From assembly GCF_036588685.1 (NCBI RefSeq), contig NC_086378.1, positions 83,018,001 through 83,082,000 on the forward strand: DNA of 64,000 bases, in the 5' to 3' direction. The first letter of the stretch is position 1; the number at the start of each line of letters is the position of its first letter. The position numbers were made by a program, and so were the translations under genes. The DNA comes from Mytilus trossulus. Lineage: Eukaryota. Under the pieces are notes generated by a model that ran no database searches, was not told the DNA's origin, and saw only the letters and a list, made by a program, of their open reading frames with translations. Positions 53,741 through 64,000 of the stretch are shown here, piece after piece.

Positions 53741-56070
53741 TTAATCAATTTTAACGGTCCCCTTACAGTATGACCAAATACCAACTCAAAGGGACTAAAT
53801 CCAAGGGATTCTTGAACAGCCTCTCGAACCGCAAAAAGTAGAAAGTGAACTCCATCATCCCAGTCTCTGTCAAATTGAAGACAGAAAGTTCTAATCATGT
53901 TCTTCAATGTTTGATGAAAACGTTCTAAGGCACCTTGAGATTCTGGATGATAAGCACTTGATCTGTACTGAGCAATCCCTAACTGGTATACGACTTGCTG
54001 AAATAAACCTGACATGAAATTTGATCCCTGGTCGGACTGTATAGACTTAGGAAGTCCTACTAATGTGAAAAATTTGATCAAAGCTTTGACGATAGTAGGT
54101 GTCTTGATATTTCTGAGCGGAATAGCTTCAGGAAAGCGGGTAGATGTACACATGATTGTCAATAAATATGCATTTCCGGTCTTGGTCTTTGGTAAAGGTC
54201 CAACGCAGTCAATTAGAACTCTGCTGAAAGGTTCGTCAAAGGCTGGAATAGGCAGAAGTGGTGCTGGTGGTATTTTCTGGTTAGGCTTACCAACAACCTG
54301 GCATATATGACATGATTTGCAGTATTCTGCGACATCATTTCTAAGTCTGGGCCAGTAGAAATGCTGTAAGATCTTAAGGCAAGTCTTCCTTATACCTAAG
54401 TGTCCAGCCAAGGGGGTGTCATGGGCAAGACCAATAATTTCTTGCCGATAAACTTTAGGCACCATAACTTGGTATACCACTCTCCATTCCTCCTCTGGGG
54501 TAGCATCAGGAGGCCTCCACTTCCTCATTAAAATGCCGTCCTGATGGTAATAGCATTCGGCCACTTTGTCTGCTTCGTCCTGTGGTTGAGCTCTCAGGCT
54601 GAGCTGGAGAACCTCAGGGTCTTTATGTTGTTCTTCAGATAAATTCTTTCGGTCTAATGAATGGCTGTTAACGTCTAGCCATGGCATAATAACATTCTTG
54701 TTAACACTAGGTGGTTTTATAATGGCCTTTTCTGAGTTACCAGGATCTTCAATATCAGCTATAAAAGTGTCAGAAAGGTCCATGTAATCAAATTTGTCTT
54801 CTTTCAAATTATCATCTTGTTGTTTTCTAGCCATCGCCCTAGTAACAACACAAGCTGGATACAATTCAGCAGCATTTTCAGGTGATTTGACATCCACCAC
54901 CGGTTCACTGGTAACAATTGGTTCAGCAACCACTTTGTTCCTAGCTAGATCATTTCCTAGCAATAATGTAACACCCTCAACAGGGAGATTAGGACGAACA
55001 CCTGCAACAACTGGTCCAGTTACCAAATCTGACTTCAGATAAATTCGATGGAGAGGAACATCTATACAACCCAACTCTACACCTTGTAATAAAACGGAGG
55101 CACCAACAGAAGTCTTCTCGGACAAAGGCAACACACCTTCTAACAATAAAGACTGAGAAGCTCCAGTGTCCCGTAAAATCTTAATAGGCTGAAGAGTGGT
55201 ATCATCAACAATAGCAACAAACCCATCAGACATAAAGGGTTTGTATTCCTCCATATAATCACAAAAACTGGACTTAAAAGCCTGACTCGCAGGACATTCC
55301 AATGTACTGGTAATATAAGGTGTCGTACAAGCACTGGTCTTCGGCTTATTATCTCGTTCATTCTTCTTCTGGAGTCTAAAACAATCAGCCATCAGGTGAC
55401 CAATCTTCTTACAATAAGCACAAGTCAGTGACTTCTTCTCAAAAGTATCAAATTTTGGACTAGACATATTATAACTGGACTGACTCTTATTCTGTGCAAC
55501 AGGCTTACTATCAGTACGCTCATTGCTTTGATTTTTGTAATTTCCACTGGAAGTATTGACATTTTGACCCTTGAAACTTCTTTTATGTGAAAGAGTATAA
55601 TTATCTGAAATGACAGCTGCATCATGTATTGACTCAACAGTTTTGTCGTCGTCTAAATGTGTTTTTAAGTCTAAATGAACACATAGTTTGAACTCTTTTA
55701 ATAATATCAATTGTCTTAGGTTATCAAAATTGTTATCTGTTTTCTTTGACGTAAGCCATTTGTCTAATAGATCTTCTTTTTCCCGAGCAAATTCCACATA
55801 TGTTTGTGAATCAAACTTTTTATACGATCTAAATTTCTGTCTATATGCTTCTGGTACTAGCTCATAGGCTTTCAAAACTTCCTGTTTCACCGTGTCATAA
55901 TCAGAACTTTTTTCTGATGGAAGTGCAGAGTATATTTCAGCGGCCTTGCCCTCAAAAACACTTTGCAGCATCGTAGTCCAATATGGCTTTGGCCATTTCA
56001 AATTATTAGCAATTTTCTCAAACTGTGGAAAATATTTATCAACTGTTTTTTCAAAAAATTTCGGAACCAA
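53710..56070 (-). CDS. Gag C-terminus (SCAN-like capsid, CCHC knuckle), aspartic protease and integrase core
   Basis: PEAYRQKFR...LRQLIL; CAYCKKIGHLMADC; LRDTGASQS; HHCC (AHD...GHLG...CKSCHIC); DDE triad in IDCVGPLP, SDQGSNF and LERFHQ. Confidence 0.93.
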   Translation of the reverse strand: MVPKFFEKTVDKYFPQFEKIANNLKWPKPYWTTMLQSVFEGKAAEIYSALPSEKSSDYDTVKQEVLKAYELVPEAYRQKFRSYKKFDSQTYVEFAREKEDLLDKWLTSKKTDNNFDNLRQLILLKEFKLCVHLDLKTHLDDDKTVESIHDAAVISDNYTLSHKRSFKGQNVNTSSGNYKNQSNERTDSKPVAQNKSQSSYNMSSPKFDTFEKKSLTCAYCKKIGHLMADCFRLQKKNERDNKPKTSACTTPYITSTLECPASQAFKSSFCDYMEEYKPFMSDGFVAIVDDTTLQPIKILRDTGASQSLLLEGVLPLSEKTSVGASVLLQGVELGCIDVPLHRIYLKSDLVTGPVVAGVRPNLPVEGVTLLLGNDLARNKVVAEPIVTSEPVVDVKSPENAAELYPACVVTRAMARKQQDDNLKEDKFDYMDLSDTFIADIEDPGNSEKAIIKPPSVNKNVIMPWLDVNSHSLDRKNLSEEQHKDPEVLQLSLRAQPQDEADKVAECYYHQDGILMRKWRPPDATPEEEWRVVYQVMVPKVYRQEIIGLAHDTPLAGHLGIRKTCLKILQHFYWPRLRNDVAEYCKSCHICQVVGKPNQKIPPAPLLPIPAFDEPFSRVLIDCVGPLPKTKTGNAYLLTIMCTSTRFPEAIPLRNIKTPTIVKALIKFFTLVGLPKSIQSDQGSNFMSGLFQQVVYQLGIAQYRSSAYHPESQGALERFHQTLKNMIRTFCLQFDRDWDDGVHFLLFAVREAVQESLGFSPFELVFGHTVRGPLKLIKKSGLLNILT

Positions 56071-56533
56071 AAATTATGTTTTTTGCTGCATCAAAATAAT
56101 CTGATTTTGACTGGACTTTAGTGTTGCTTTCTTCTTTGACCATTTCAATTTTCAGTTTTTCCATCTCTAGCCTTTCTCTCATTTCAAGTTCTTTTAATTT
56201 AAATTCATCTTCTTTTTCTTTTTTCTCCATTTCTAACCTTTCCTTCATTTCCAATTCTGCTTGCAATTGTTTTAATTTAAATTCATGGTCTAATTCAAGC
56301 TGTTTTAATTTAAAGGCATCAACATGTTCGACCTTAAGATCAAGAGCCTCTTCACCTAAAATTTCTTCGTCAACTAATTTGTCTATAACCACATTTTTTA
56401 TAATTTGTTTTCTCATAGATACTTTAAAAACTAATTTCAGTTGTTTAGCAAGCAACACTAATTCCTCTTTCTTTAAATTATCAAAACTCTCCAGGTCTGG
56501 CGTTTTCAAAAATTTACCAGCATCAAATGCCAT
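56051..56533 (-). CDS. gag: Gag N-terminus (helical domain plus E/K-rich coiled coil), frameshifted from the rest
   Basis: ATG at 56533 lies downstream of the PBS. Removing one T from the T5 run at 56069-56073 fuses it to the next ORF (DAAKNIILVPKF). Confidence 0.85.
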   Translation of the reverse strand: MAFDAGKFLKTPDLESFDNLKKEELVLLAKQLKLVFKVSMRKQIIKNVVIDKLVDEEILGEEALDLKVEHVDAFKLKQLELDHEFKLKQLQAELEMKERLEMEKKEKEDEFKLKELEMRERLEMEKLKIEMVKEESNTKVQSKSDYFDAAKNIIFGSEIF

Positions 56534-56602
56534 TTTGTAGAATTTTGTTGGCTATTTATAATAAAAATATTAAACAAATTTTGACTAAAATATTTTTAAG
56601 AT

Positions 56603-56621
56603 ATCCCAGGACGAGCCCCCA
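56603..56621 (-). promoter_or_regulatory. Primer-binding site for tRNA-Pro
   Basis: The minus strand reads TGGGGGCTCGTCC(T)GGGAT, complementary to the tRNA-Pro 3' end (ATCCCGGACGAGCCCCCA) with one extra base. It lies 5 nt from the 5' LTR. Confidence 0.9.
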
Positions 56622-56626
56622 ATTTC

Positions 56627-57226
56627 TGTTACGGCCAGAAATCGCCTTTAAATTGTAGCCAACAAAAGACACAAATCAATAGTAAAATTTAACAATATTT
56701 ATTATACAAAAGTTTAAAAGAAGTTTTACACAAATATTACTGTCAACTTAACTGTCAAAATATGAGTCCACTCTTTTATCTGTATTCGGAAATCTTTCGG
56801 AATCCAATCTGAATATTATGTTCACTACTAAGGTCACAATCTAGTATGATGTTGTTTGTAGAATAAAAGTGTCAATCCAAGTGCTGTGAATACTAATGTC
56901 TATCACTGTCTATGTCCAAGTTTAATTATATGAGAGTTTAACTTTAGTGTCTGTATATATATAGTTGTGACGGATTATTCTAGAACACGCTAGAACGGAA
57001 CATTGTGGAAAATCCTGGAAAGTTACAACGGAAGTTTCTGGAATAACGTAGAAGTTTAAATTACGCATCTTTTATAAGGATTATTCTAGAAAGTTCTAAT
57101 CATTCTGTGATTGTTCCAGTGATTCCTAAACTGCACAGTTATAAGATTATTTGGTAAACAACTATCAGGCCATACAACACAAATTAGGCCAACATAAATA
57201 AACATAATAATTACCATATCATAACA
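56627..57226 (-). repeat. 5' LTR (600 bp)
   Basis: Adjacent to the PBS and identical to the 3' LTR. Confidence 0.97.
56954..57116 (-). promoter_or_regulatory. LTR promoter: TATA box (56954-56963) plus heat-shock element cluster (mirror copy at 51491-51653)
   Basis: Perfect GAAnnTTCnnGAA at 57031-57043 and TTCnnGAAnnTTC at 57084-57096. Also TTCnnGAA at 56978 and 10-bp-phased GAA at 56983/56993, 56998/57008/57018 and 57041/57051. Confidence 0.7.
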
Positions 57227-58915
57227 ATATATATTTCAAATTGAACCACACGTTGTTCTTTAATTATTCAATGAGATACTTCTTTTGTGACTTCAAAATT
57301 GATTGATTTTTAGGTAAACGAAATTTATAATACGCTAAAATCTTATAAAGTCACTGACATATCTGCGCCAGATTCCCGATTGACAAACATTTCAAATATG
57401 TTGTGAACATAATAACAGCGGGATATAACATGAATTTACTAATATGAATGGCTGATATGTCATCCGCTAATAAGGGACACAGGATAAAAATTGCAGACCT
57501 GATATAAGAAAATGTTAAAAGAAAGAGGCGTTCAAATAACATAAGTCGAAGAGGGGCATTATATATCATGACCAAAAGAGAAATGTAAGTCGACAAATCA
57601 CTGTCGAAATCGATAGATTGACCATAGCGTTGTCAATTCATTTTCGACCAAAGTGTTTAGATATCCTTTTGCCATTCTTTTTAGAATGACAAGCTCCTTC
57701 TTAAAGTTATAAAATGTAAAACGACTGTGGTATTCAAAGCCTTAATGTCCTATGTTTGTGATCAAATAACTTGACGGTTAATTGAACTTTAAGCTTTGAC
57801 GTTTGTCAATAACTTATCTATTAAAACCAGTTATGTCATTTGTTGCTAACAACTTGTTGCTTGTTTAGGCAAAATACATTTAATCATTCATAGATTCTGT
57901 ATAGATGATATAGAAGATATTGATGAAATTGACACTGTGATGTCAAGTTTTCATAGAACATTGTTTGTTTTGCTCTATGCAGTATTGAATACATATTGAA
58001 TGAAAACTGACACTTTATAAGAGCCTGCACTTAATTTTACATAACAAACTATACTGTTTCGTAAATTTGTGCTTTATTTGTTCAAAGAAAAACTAGTGTA
58101 GTAAATGGTCTTTACGGACAACGACATTTTGAAAATCTCGATGAAATGTTTAATAGATTTACTGGCATATCCCTACTGTGTATGTCAGACTAATCAATTA
58201 TGTGACGACAAATAAAAAGGAGGTCAATGAACGGGATATGTCTAAAATAGTCGTGACCGCGCCTTCGCAAATACGAGATACAAAAGAAATCGTGAACTAA
58301 CATAACTAAAACTGTTAACTGAATTTAAAACAAATTACCAAAGAGTCGGTTAGCAATTCGGTTCATGGGCAAAAACAAATTAAGCCACAAAGAATATCAT
58401 TATAAAATCATGATCTCTGATATTGTCAAACAGAACGAGAAAGATCTCCAAAAAAATCGGAATCAATTGCTCAAAAGTTAAGATCGCAGCAGATAATACT
58501 GCAATTTGGGTAATTGATAGGTATCCAGACGTTTTTGTTATTCACATTTGGTACGAGAAAGTCTAAAGAGGCGAGAAAATTCCCCTATTGATTTGTAAGT
58601 CATCAATAGGCAACACAAAACTAAAACTAAAGCACAATTCAAACATTGAAATTTTAAAAACCGTTTGGTCCACATGCAATATCTTGAGAGCCAGATATTA
58701 GATATGCATCTTTTGTGGATAATGCTTCTTTGGAAAAACATTGAATACTAATTTTGTTTTGTAGCACATGACAATAATTGTGTGACGCCTTTACATGTTT
58801 TCGTTGTACTCTATCTACTTTTACAATTCTGTATTGATTGTTCCTCAGCTTATGTGACCCGTCATTCAAATGCAACAACTTTATAACGTTAATTTTGTTA
58901 TAACTATTTTGATCT

Positions 58916-58961
58916 GAGCGTCACTGATGAGTCTTATGTAGACGAAACGCGCGTCTGGCGT
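58916..58961 (+). ncRNA. Minimal type I hammerhead ribozyme with an intact catalytic core
   Basis: gagcgtca CTGATGA gtct-tatgt-agac GAAA cgcgcg TC^ tggcgt. It has the CUGAnGA and GAAA boxes, a 4-bp stem II, a palindromic mini stem III and a GUC cleavage triplet. Predicted cut after 58955. Confidence 0.85.
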
Positions 58962-61624
58962 ATAAAATTATAATCCTGGTACTTTTGATAACTATTGTTG
59001 GATAACGTCACTCATTAACATGGCATCAATTGACGCTATTGAGTGTACGCGCTAGCGCAGACAACAGTTTTTAAATACGTGTTTTAACGTTATGTTCTGT
59101 CAGTTTCATTTGAATGGAGATAATAATATTGTATTCTAAGCTCCGACGGCAGCTTAAAATACAATACAGTTATCTCCTAAATACTCTGCACACACTCCCT
59201 GAACATACTTTATCTTCTCTTTAATGTCAAAATACATGCGTCATCTTCTTATTGACGATTACGAGATCTGATTATTAGGCATATTCAAATGACAAACGAA
59301 TTGAATGTTGTTGGTTTTTTTAATTCATAATAACTATTTTAAAATAAAACAGTTTTTTTTGTAGAAACTACTGTAAATATTCATTTCATCCTATTTTGTT
59401 TATATCTATAGATAATTTATTTTGATTATAATGAAAATTTAAAAGCTACGACGAGGTATTTTTTACGATCTTGACTACTAATGAGGACCTTGCACGATCG
59501 GTTTTGAAGCTAGTCAGAATTAATCACAAATGTTAATTTTCTTTGCAAATATTACAATTATCAAATAAACAAAATTTAAATTGCAAAAACGCAATAACGT
59601 TCAAACTTAAAAGACATAAATTACATTCAAATACGACAAAAAGTTACCATAAAATATCGATACGCAAGAAGTGCTCAGGTTCTAGGGCTTTTGCTGAGGA
59701 AAAGCTGTTATCGACAACTGCTTTCACAAACCGGACGTTTCAAAAGAGAAAATTCAAATATTTAAATTACGTTTTGAAGGGATCTGCGCTGAAAAAATGT
59801 ACATATCGTTTCATTCGTCAATCATATGCAAAGTGCATCAGACATTATACTTCATATAACGCAAGCATGGAACTTACTTTTGATAAAATGAACAGCAGAC
59901 AATTTGATATTTCAATGCATACTTCTAAAAAAAATAAAAATTGGTTTAGTTATTGGTATCATCTATCTAACATTTGGTTCTCGTACCTAGACCATGACAT
60001 AAAACTGGTAAATAGTGCACACAATTTTTTACAATGATATTTTATTTGTAAAAAAAATCAATCTTTTTGGCCCAATACGAACTGTTTGTATTATCATTTA
60101 TGTTTACGCCAGTCGTTTTTTTAAATGCTACTAACTGTATATAAAAAAATCAAAGATTATCTAAGAATAATCTACTTTATAAACTGTCATACAGCAGGAA
60201 GAAGCTGTCTTGTAAATAGATTTCTAGTCTGTACGTACTATTCCGGGCAGCTGTACCTTTTGATTATTCGTCGAAAACAACATGTTGTATAATTAAATAA
60301 GATATAATATGATTTCTGGTGCAAATTAATATTGATAAAATTGCACTGATACAAAAATATTTCCAACACCAAACTAATAAAAGTATCCTACGGACTAAAT
60401 GATCATATTATTAATCACAGTAGCCGTGCTAATTTGTCTCGTCTTGGTGAATGTAGAAATTATGTTCAATGTTTAATAAGCACATATTATGTCATTGTAT
60501 GTTCAAGGTTTAATAAGCACATATTAAATAAAAAAAAATCATAACGGTTTCCTATTACAAGTGAGAACACATAAAAAATAGCACACATGAAGTTATATTA
60601 CTTTTGTTTAAAAACTGAAAGACATTTAGACAATGCCCTGCTTGTTTTACAAAATGCATTTCAATTATGGTTTGGAATGACTAGAAGGGAATTCTTTTTT
60701 TCGTCCCTCACTAATTTTATTTCTACAATGTCTCTCTGTCTTCAGAAGTGAAATGAAAAAAAAACCAATGTTATTTCTACGTTGTCTCTCTCTTCAGAAG
60801 TGAAATGAGAAAAACAATGGTATGTCTACAGCAAAGTCACGACGTGTTCAATTAAATGTAAGTCATTCACCTGATTAAAGGAAACTATCTTACTAGTTAT
60901 CTTAACAAAGTCAGTTAAAATTTTAATTCATCATGTGGTCTTTGTAAAAGAATTGTTGTTTCTTTTTTCGACGCCAATTACTTGCGCTGTAAGCCTCACT
61001 TAGTCTTTTTACTGACAATTATGTGGTTTAATGTGACGTGAAACAATATAAATGATATGTCAATTATTCTTCGGTTTTTAGGCATCTACTTGAATACAAA
61101 ATAAAAGATTATCTAATGAAAAAGAGATGTTTTGAAACTATTCATCTTGAAGGCAGAGAACCGTGGAACAATTATTTACATAGATTGTCTGATTTTATAA
61201 TGTAACTACTCGGTAAATAATATGTACAATGTATTATATATATTGATGAAGAAAGGTTACAAGTCCGGTACTTTTTAAGTTCAAAAATATAATTTGAGGT
61301 GATTATTAAGAGATATTGATCAAGTAGGAATTCTTATAGAAATTAAACAGAAAAACATAAATGTAGACTAGTTAAAACATATTTGTTTATAGCGGATTGG
61401 GAAACAAGTTATATAAATCACTTTGCGGGTGCGATTGCTGTCTTGTATACGTATCGGCATTACCCTTTTCTTTTTCTTTTTTCGAAATTTACAAATGTGT
61501 CTTTAACGAGCAAGAGTTATTGCTCTCTCTTAACACGGGTCAGCCATGTATCGTCCCCTTCCGACAGACTATCATCGTTTCCTCAAAACCGTTCTCGCAA
61601 ATGGTGTCAAGGGAGTCTTCCAAA

Positions 61625-63845
61625 GCTTGTATCACAGAAAGTCATTTTGGTGAAAATATTTCTAGTGAAGATATACATATGGATGGGTACCATCAGGAAT
61701 TATATAGAAATTATCGAAACTGTTTTGGCGGGGGTGTTTTGGTTTAGGTTTCGGAAGTACTAAAAACTAAGAGACGATTCGATTCAAAATCTGAAAACGG
61801 TAAACTTATCTGTCTAGAAATTGATTTTCCTCAACTTAAAATTGTAATTTTTGCTGTTTATCGATCACCAGGTTCAAGTCATTCCTTCTGGCAAAATTGT
61901 TAACATTCAATAGAACAAGCATTAGATAATACAACTACAATTATAATTACAGGTGATTAAAATGTTGATTTATTACTGAACACAATCATGTTTCATATTG
62001 ATCTAATGAATATTTTGTGTTAACAAAATATTGTAAAAAAAGCTACCAGATTTGATCACAGACCTGGAAGAGCTATTTTATTAGATCCAATTTGAATTTC
62101 TGAAAATTGTTGTGCTACCTTTACTGAAGTTATTGATATAAATAGACAAATAAGTAACCATAATGCTACCAAAGTATATTTAAGAATTCCGAATTTCAGT
62201 GAAAACAAATTTACACGAACTATTTCATGTATTTGGTTATTTAAACATGCAATTTTACTAGATTTAATAATGATATTCAGAATTTTGATTGGCAAACGAC
62301 TTTAACTGCTTTTGAGGACGACGTTGACAGAATAGCAGTTTTTTCACAGAAAAATATATAGAAATTGCTTGAAATTCTATACCTACTAAAGCTGTCACTA
62401 TTCGATCATCAGATAAACCGTGGTTTAACTAGGAAATTCGAAAAGATATAAGACTACGTGATAGACTTCGTTAAAAAAAAAACGAAATTTGAGAACTGCA
62501 AAATACTAAAAAAAATTAAAGTTCAACGTAGCAAAGTAAATAACATGATTATTTAGACGAAAAGTCAAATAAAAAAGTTATTGGTAATTGTCGTTCCACG
62601 TCGACTCCTCTGTTATTAAATCCAAATACTAATTATTACCCGTCATACTTTGAACCACACAATTATTTTATTTATTATTATTACTTTTACTGTTATATCG
62701 GTTTTTTGTTATATCTGCTTTAAGTGACTCTGCGTCATACTTTGAACGACAAATAATTTTTATGTCTACCTGTGCGAATTTCAAACGCGCAATTTTACAC
62801 CAGGACTGAAAACCTTCCATCCTTAATACGAGTAGACTTTACATAGATAAATTAAGTCGTATAAGAAAAGCATAATGAGTATGTTAAGTTTGATGTATGC
62901 CTTATTGTGTTTCTTCGTTACATTTGTTGTTTGTATAGTATATGATAACACAATATTGACTGCTGTACCCCTATTTTTGACATTTTTACTATTTGAGTAT
63001 GTTTGTTTTGTTCATGCGTCGTTGACAATGTAATGGAATTTGATGCGACTGTCATACAAGTGAGAGGTTTAGCTAGCTGTATAACCAGGTTCAATCCTCA
63101 ATTTTCTACATTGGAAAATGCCTGTACCAAGTCAGGAATATGACAGTTGTTATTCATTCGTTTGATGTGTTTGGACTTTTGATTTTGCCTTTTGATTTTG
63201 GACTTTCCTTTTTGAGTTTTCCCCGGAGTTCAGTGTTTTTGTGTTTTTACTTTTTTCTATGTTGGTGAAAAAGAAAAAGCAGATTTGCTTAACTCATATT
63301 TTTGTAATATTTCTACATCTTCGAATGATGGAGTTAAATCTCCAGATTTTACCACTTCGTACCCAACATAGCTTAGCTATTGATGAAATAACGGAGGAAG
63401 AGATTAAAGACAATAAAAGTCATACCCAAATCTTTGGAAATTGGTAAAGCATTCGATGAAGATTGAATTAGTCATCAAATGCTGAAATATACTGCTAATA
63501 GTGTGTGTACCTTCCAAATTTTCAAATTAATGTTTTGGCTTTTTGGCTTTTTTCACAACGAGTCAAAAAGTTGATCAATCGATGGTTTCAAACTATCGTC
63601 CTATTGCATTGGTAAACTGTTTGGGTAAAGTTTTTGAAAGAATAGTTTATAAACATATCTTTAATTTCATTTTTGAACTCAAGCTATTGTATAAATTCCA
63701 GTCAGGTTTCGTTCCTGGTCATTCAACATTATACCAAATGATTGAGATTTATCACAGAATTTATTTAGCTATGGAAGATAAAGAAATTTTGTGTATGATC
63801 TTTTGTGATATATCGAAGGCTTTTGACCGACTTTGGCATAATTAG
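61625..63845 (+). pseudogene. Decayed CR1/L2-type LINE ORF2 (APE endonuclease plus RT N-terminus), interrupted at ~62580-63260 and truncated at ~63840
   Basis: APE: CITESH...GGGV, VYRSP and IITGD*N. Linker: KPWFN*EIR. RT: SNYRPIAL...KVFERIV...QSGF...HST...FCDISKAFDRLWH. Many stops and frameshifts. Confidence 0.85.
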
Positions 63846-64000
63846 TTATCAAAGGTACCAGGGTAATAATTTAGCACACCAGACGCGCGTTTCGTCTACA
63901 TAAGACTCATAAGTGACGCTCATATCAAAATATTCATAAAGCCAAACAAGTACAAAGTTGAAGAGCATTGAAGATCCAAAATTCCAAAAAGTTGTGCCAA
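63841..64000 (-). mobile_element. Retrozyme-like repeat (HH-A) running off the window end; hammerhead has a G5-to-U core mutation
   Basis: The minus strand reads gagcgtcaCTTATGAgtcttatgtagacGAAAcgcgcgTCtggtg. Confidence 0.75.

Larger units (their letters stand above)
51164..57226 (-). mobile_element. Full-length Ty3/Gypsy LTR retrotransposon, Gmr1-like clade
   Basis: Two 600-bp TG...CA LTRs, an ATAT TSD (51160-51163 and 57227-57230), PBS, PPT and a gag-PR-IN-RT-RH coding region. Confidence 0.97.

Noticed and set aside
51164-57226. Steamer-like element or endogenous retrovirus
   Set aside because: The IN-before-RT order and tRNA-Pro PBS fit Gmr1-like elements rather than the standard-order Steamer. 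There is no env ORF, and under 90 bp separates the pol stop from the 3' LTR.
59543-60037. 164-aa ORF
   Set aside because: Non-ATG start, K/N/F-rich composition typical of AT-rich noise, and no recognisable domain or clear splice signals.
60720-60830. Two-copy ~54-bp direct repeat (similar small duplications at ~11925-11960 and 37037-37097)
   Set aside because: Ordinary local slippage duplications.

Overview
This is AT-rich eukaryotic genomic DNA dense in repeats. The repeat families look like those of a bivalve mollusc such as Mytilus (inference). The only clear host gene is a class A peptide-type GPCR (42543-43748, +), which has a candidate in-frame upstream micro-exon about 17 kb away (25598-25656). 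The main feature is a complete, very young Ty3/Gypsy LTR retrotransposon of the Gmr1-like clade (51164-57226, -). It has identical 600-bp LTRs, an ATAT target-site duplication (TSD), a tRNA-Pro primer-binding site (PBS), a polypurine tract (PPT), a SCAN-like Gag, the inverted PR-IN-RT-RH domain order and two single-base frameshifts. Its LTR U3 carries a phased cluster of heat-shock elements (HSEs) directly upstream of a TATA box, so it is a candidate heat-inducible retrotransposon. The rest of the window holds many copies of hammerhead-ribozyme-bearing retrozyme-like repeats (one with an intact core at about 58916-58961), decayed Penelope-like RT fragments, a decayed CR1/L2-type LINE, Kolobok-like (TTAA) and Tc1/mariner-like (TA) MITEs, Helentron-associated elements, elements ending in long hairpins, a ~3.6-kb tandem duplication and a 33-bp minisatellite. 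Most short ORFs in the track are spurious.
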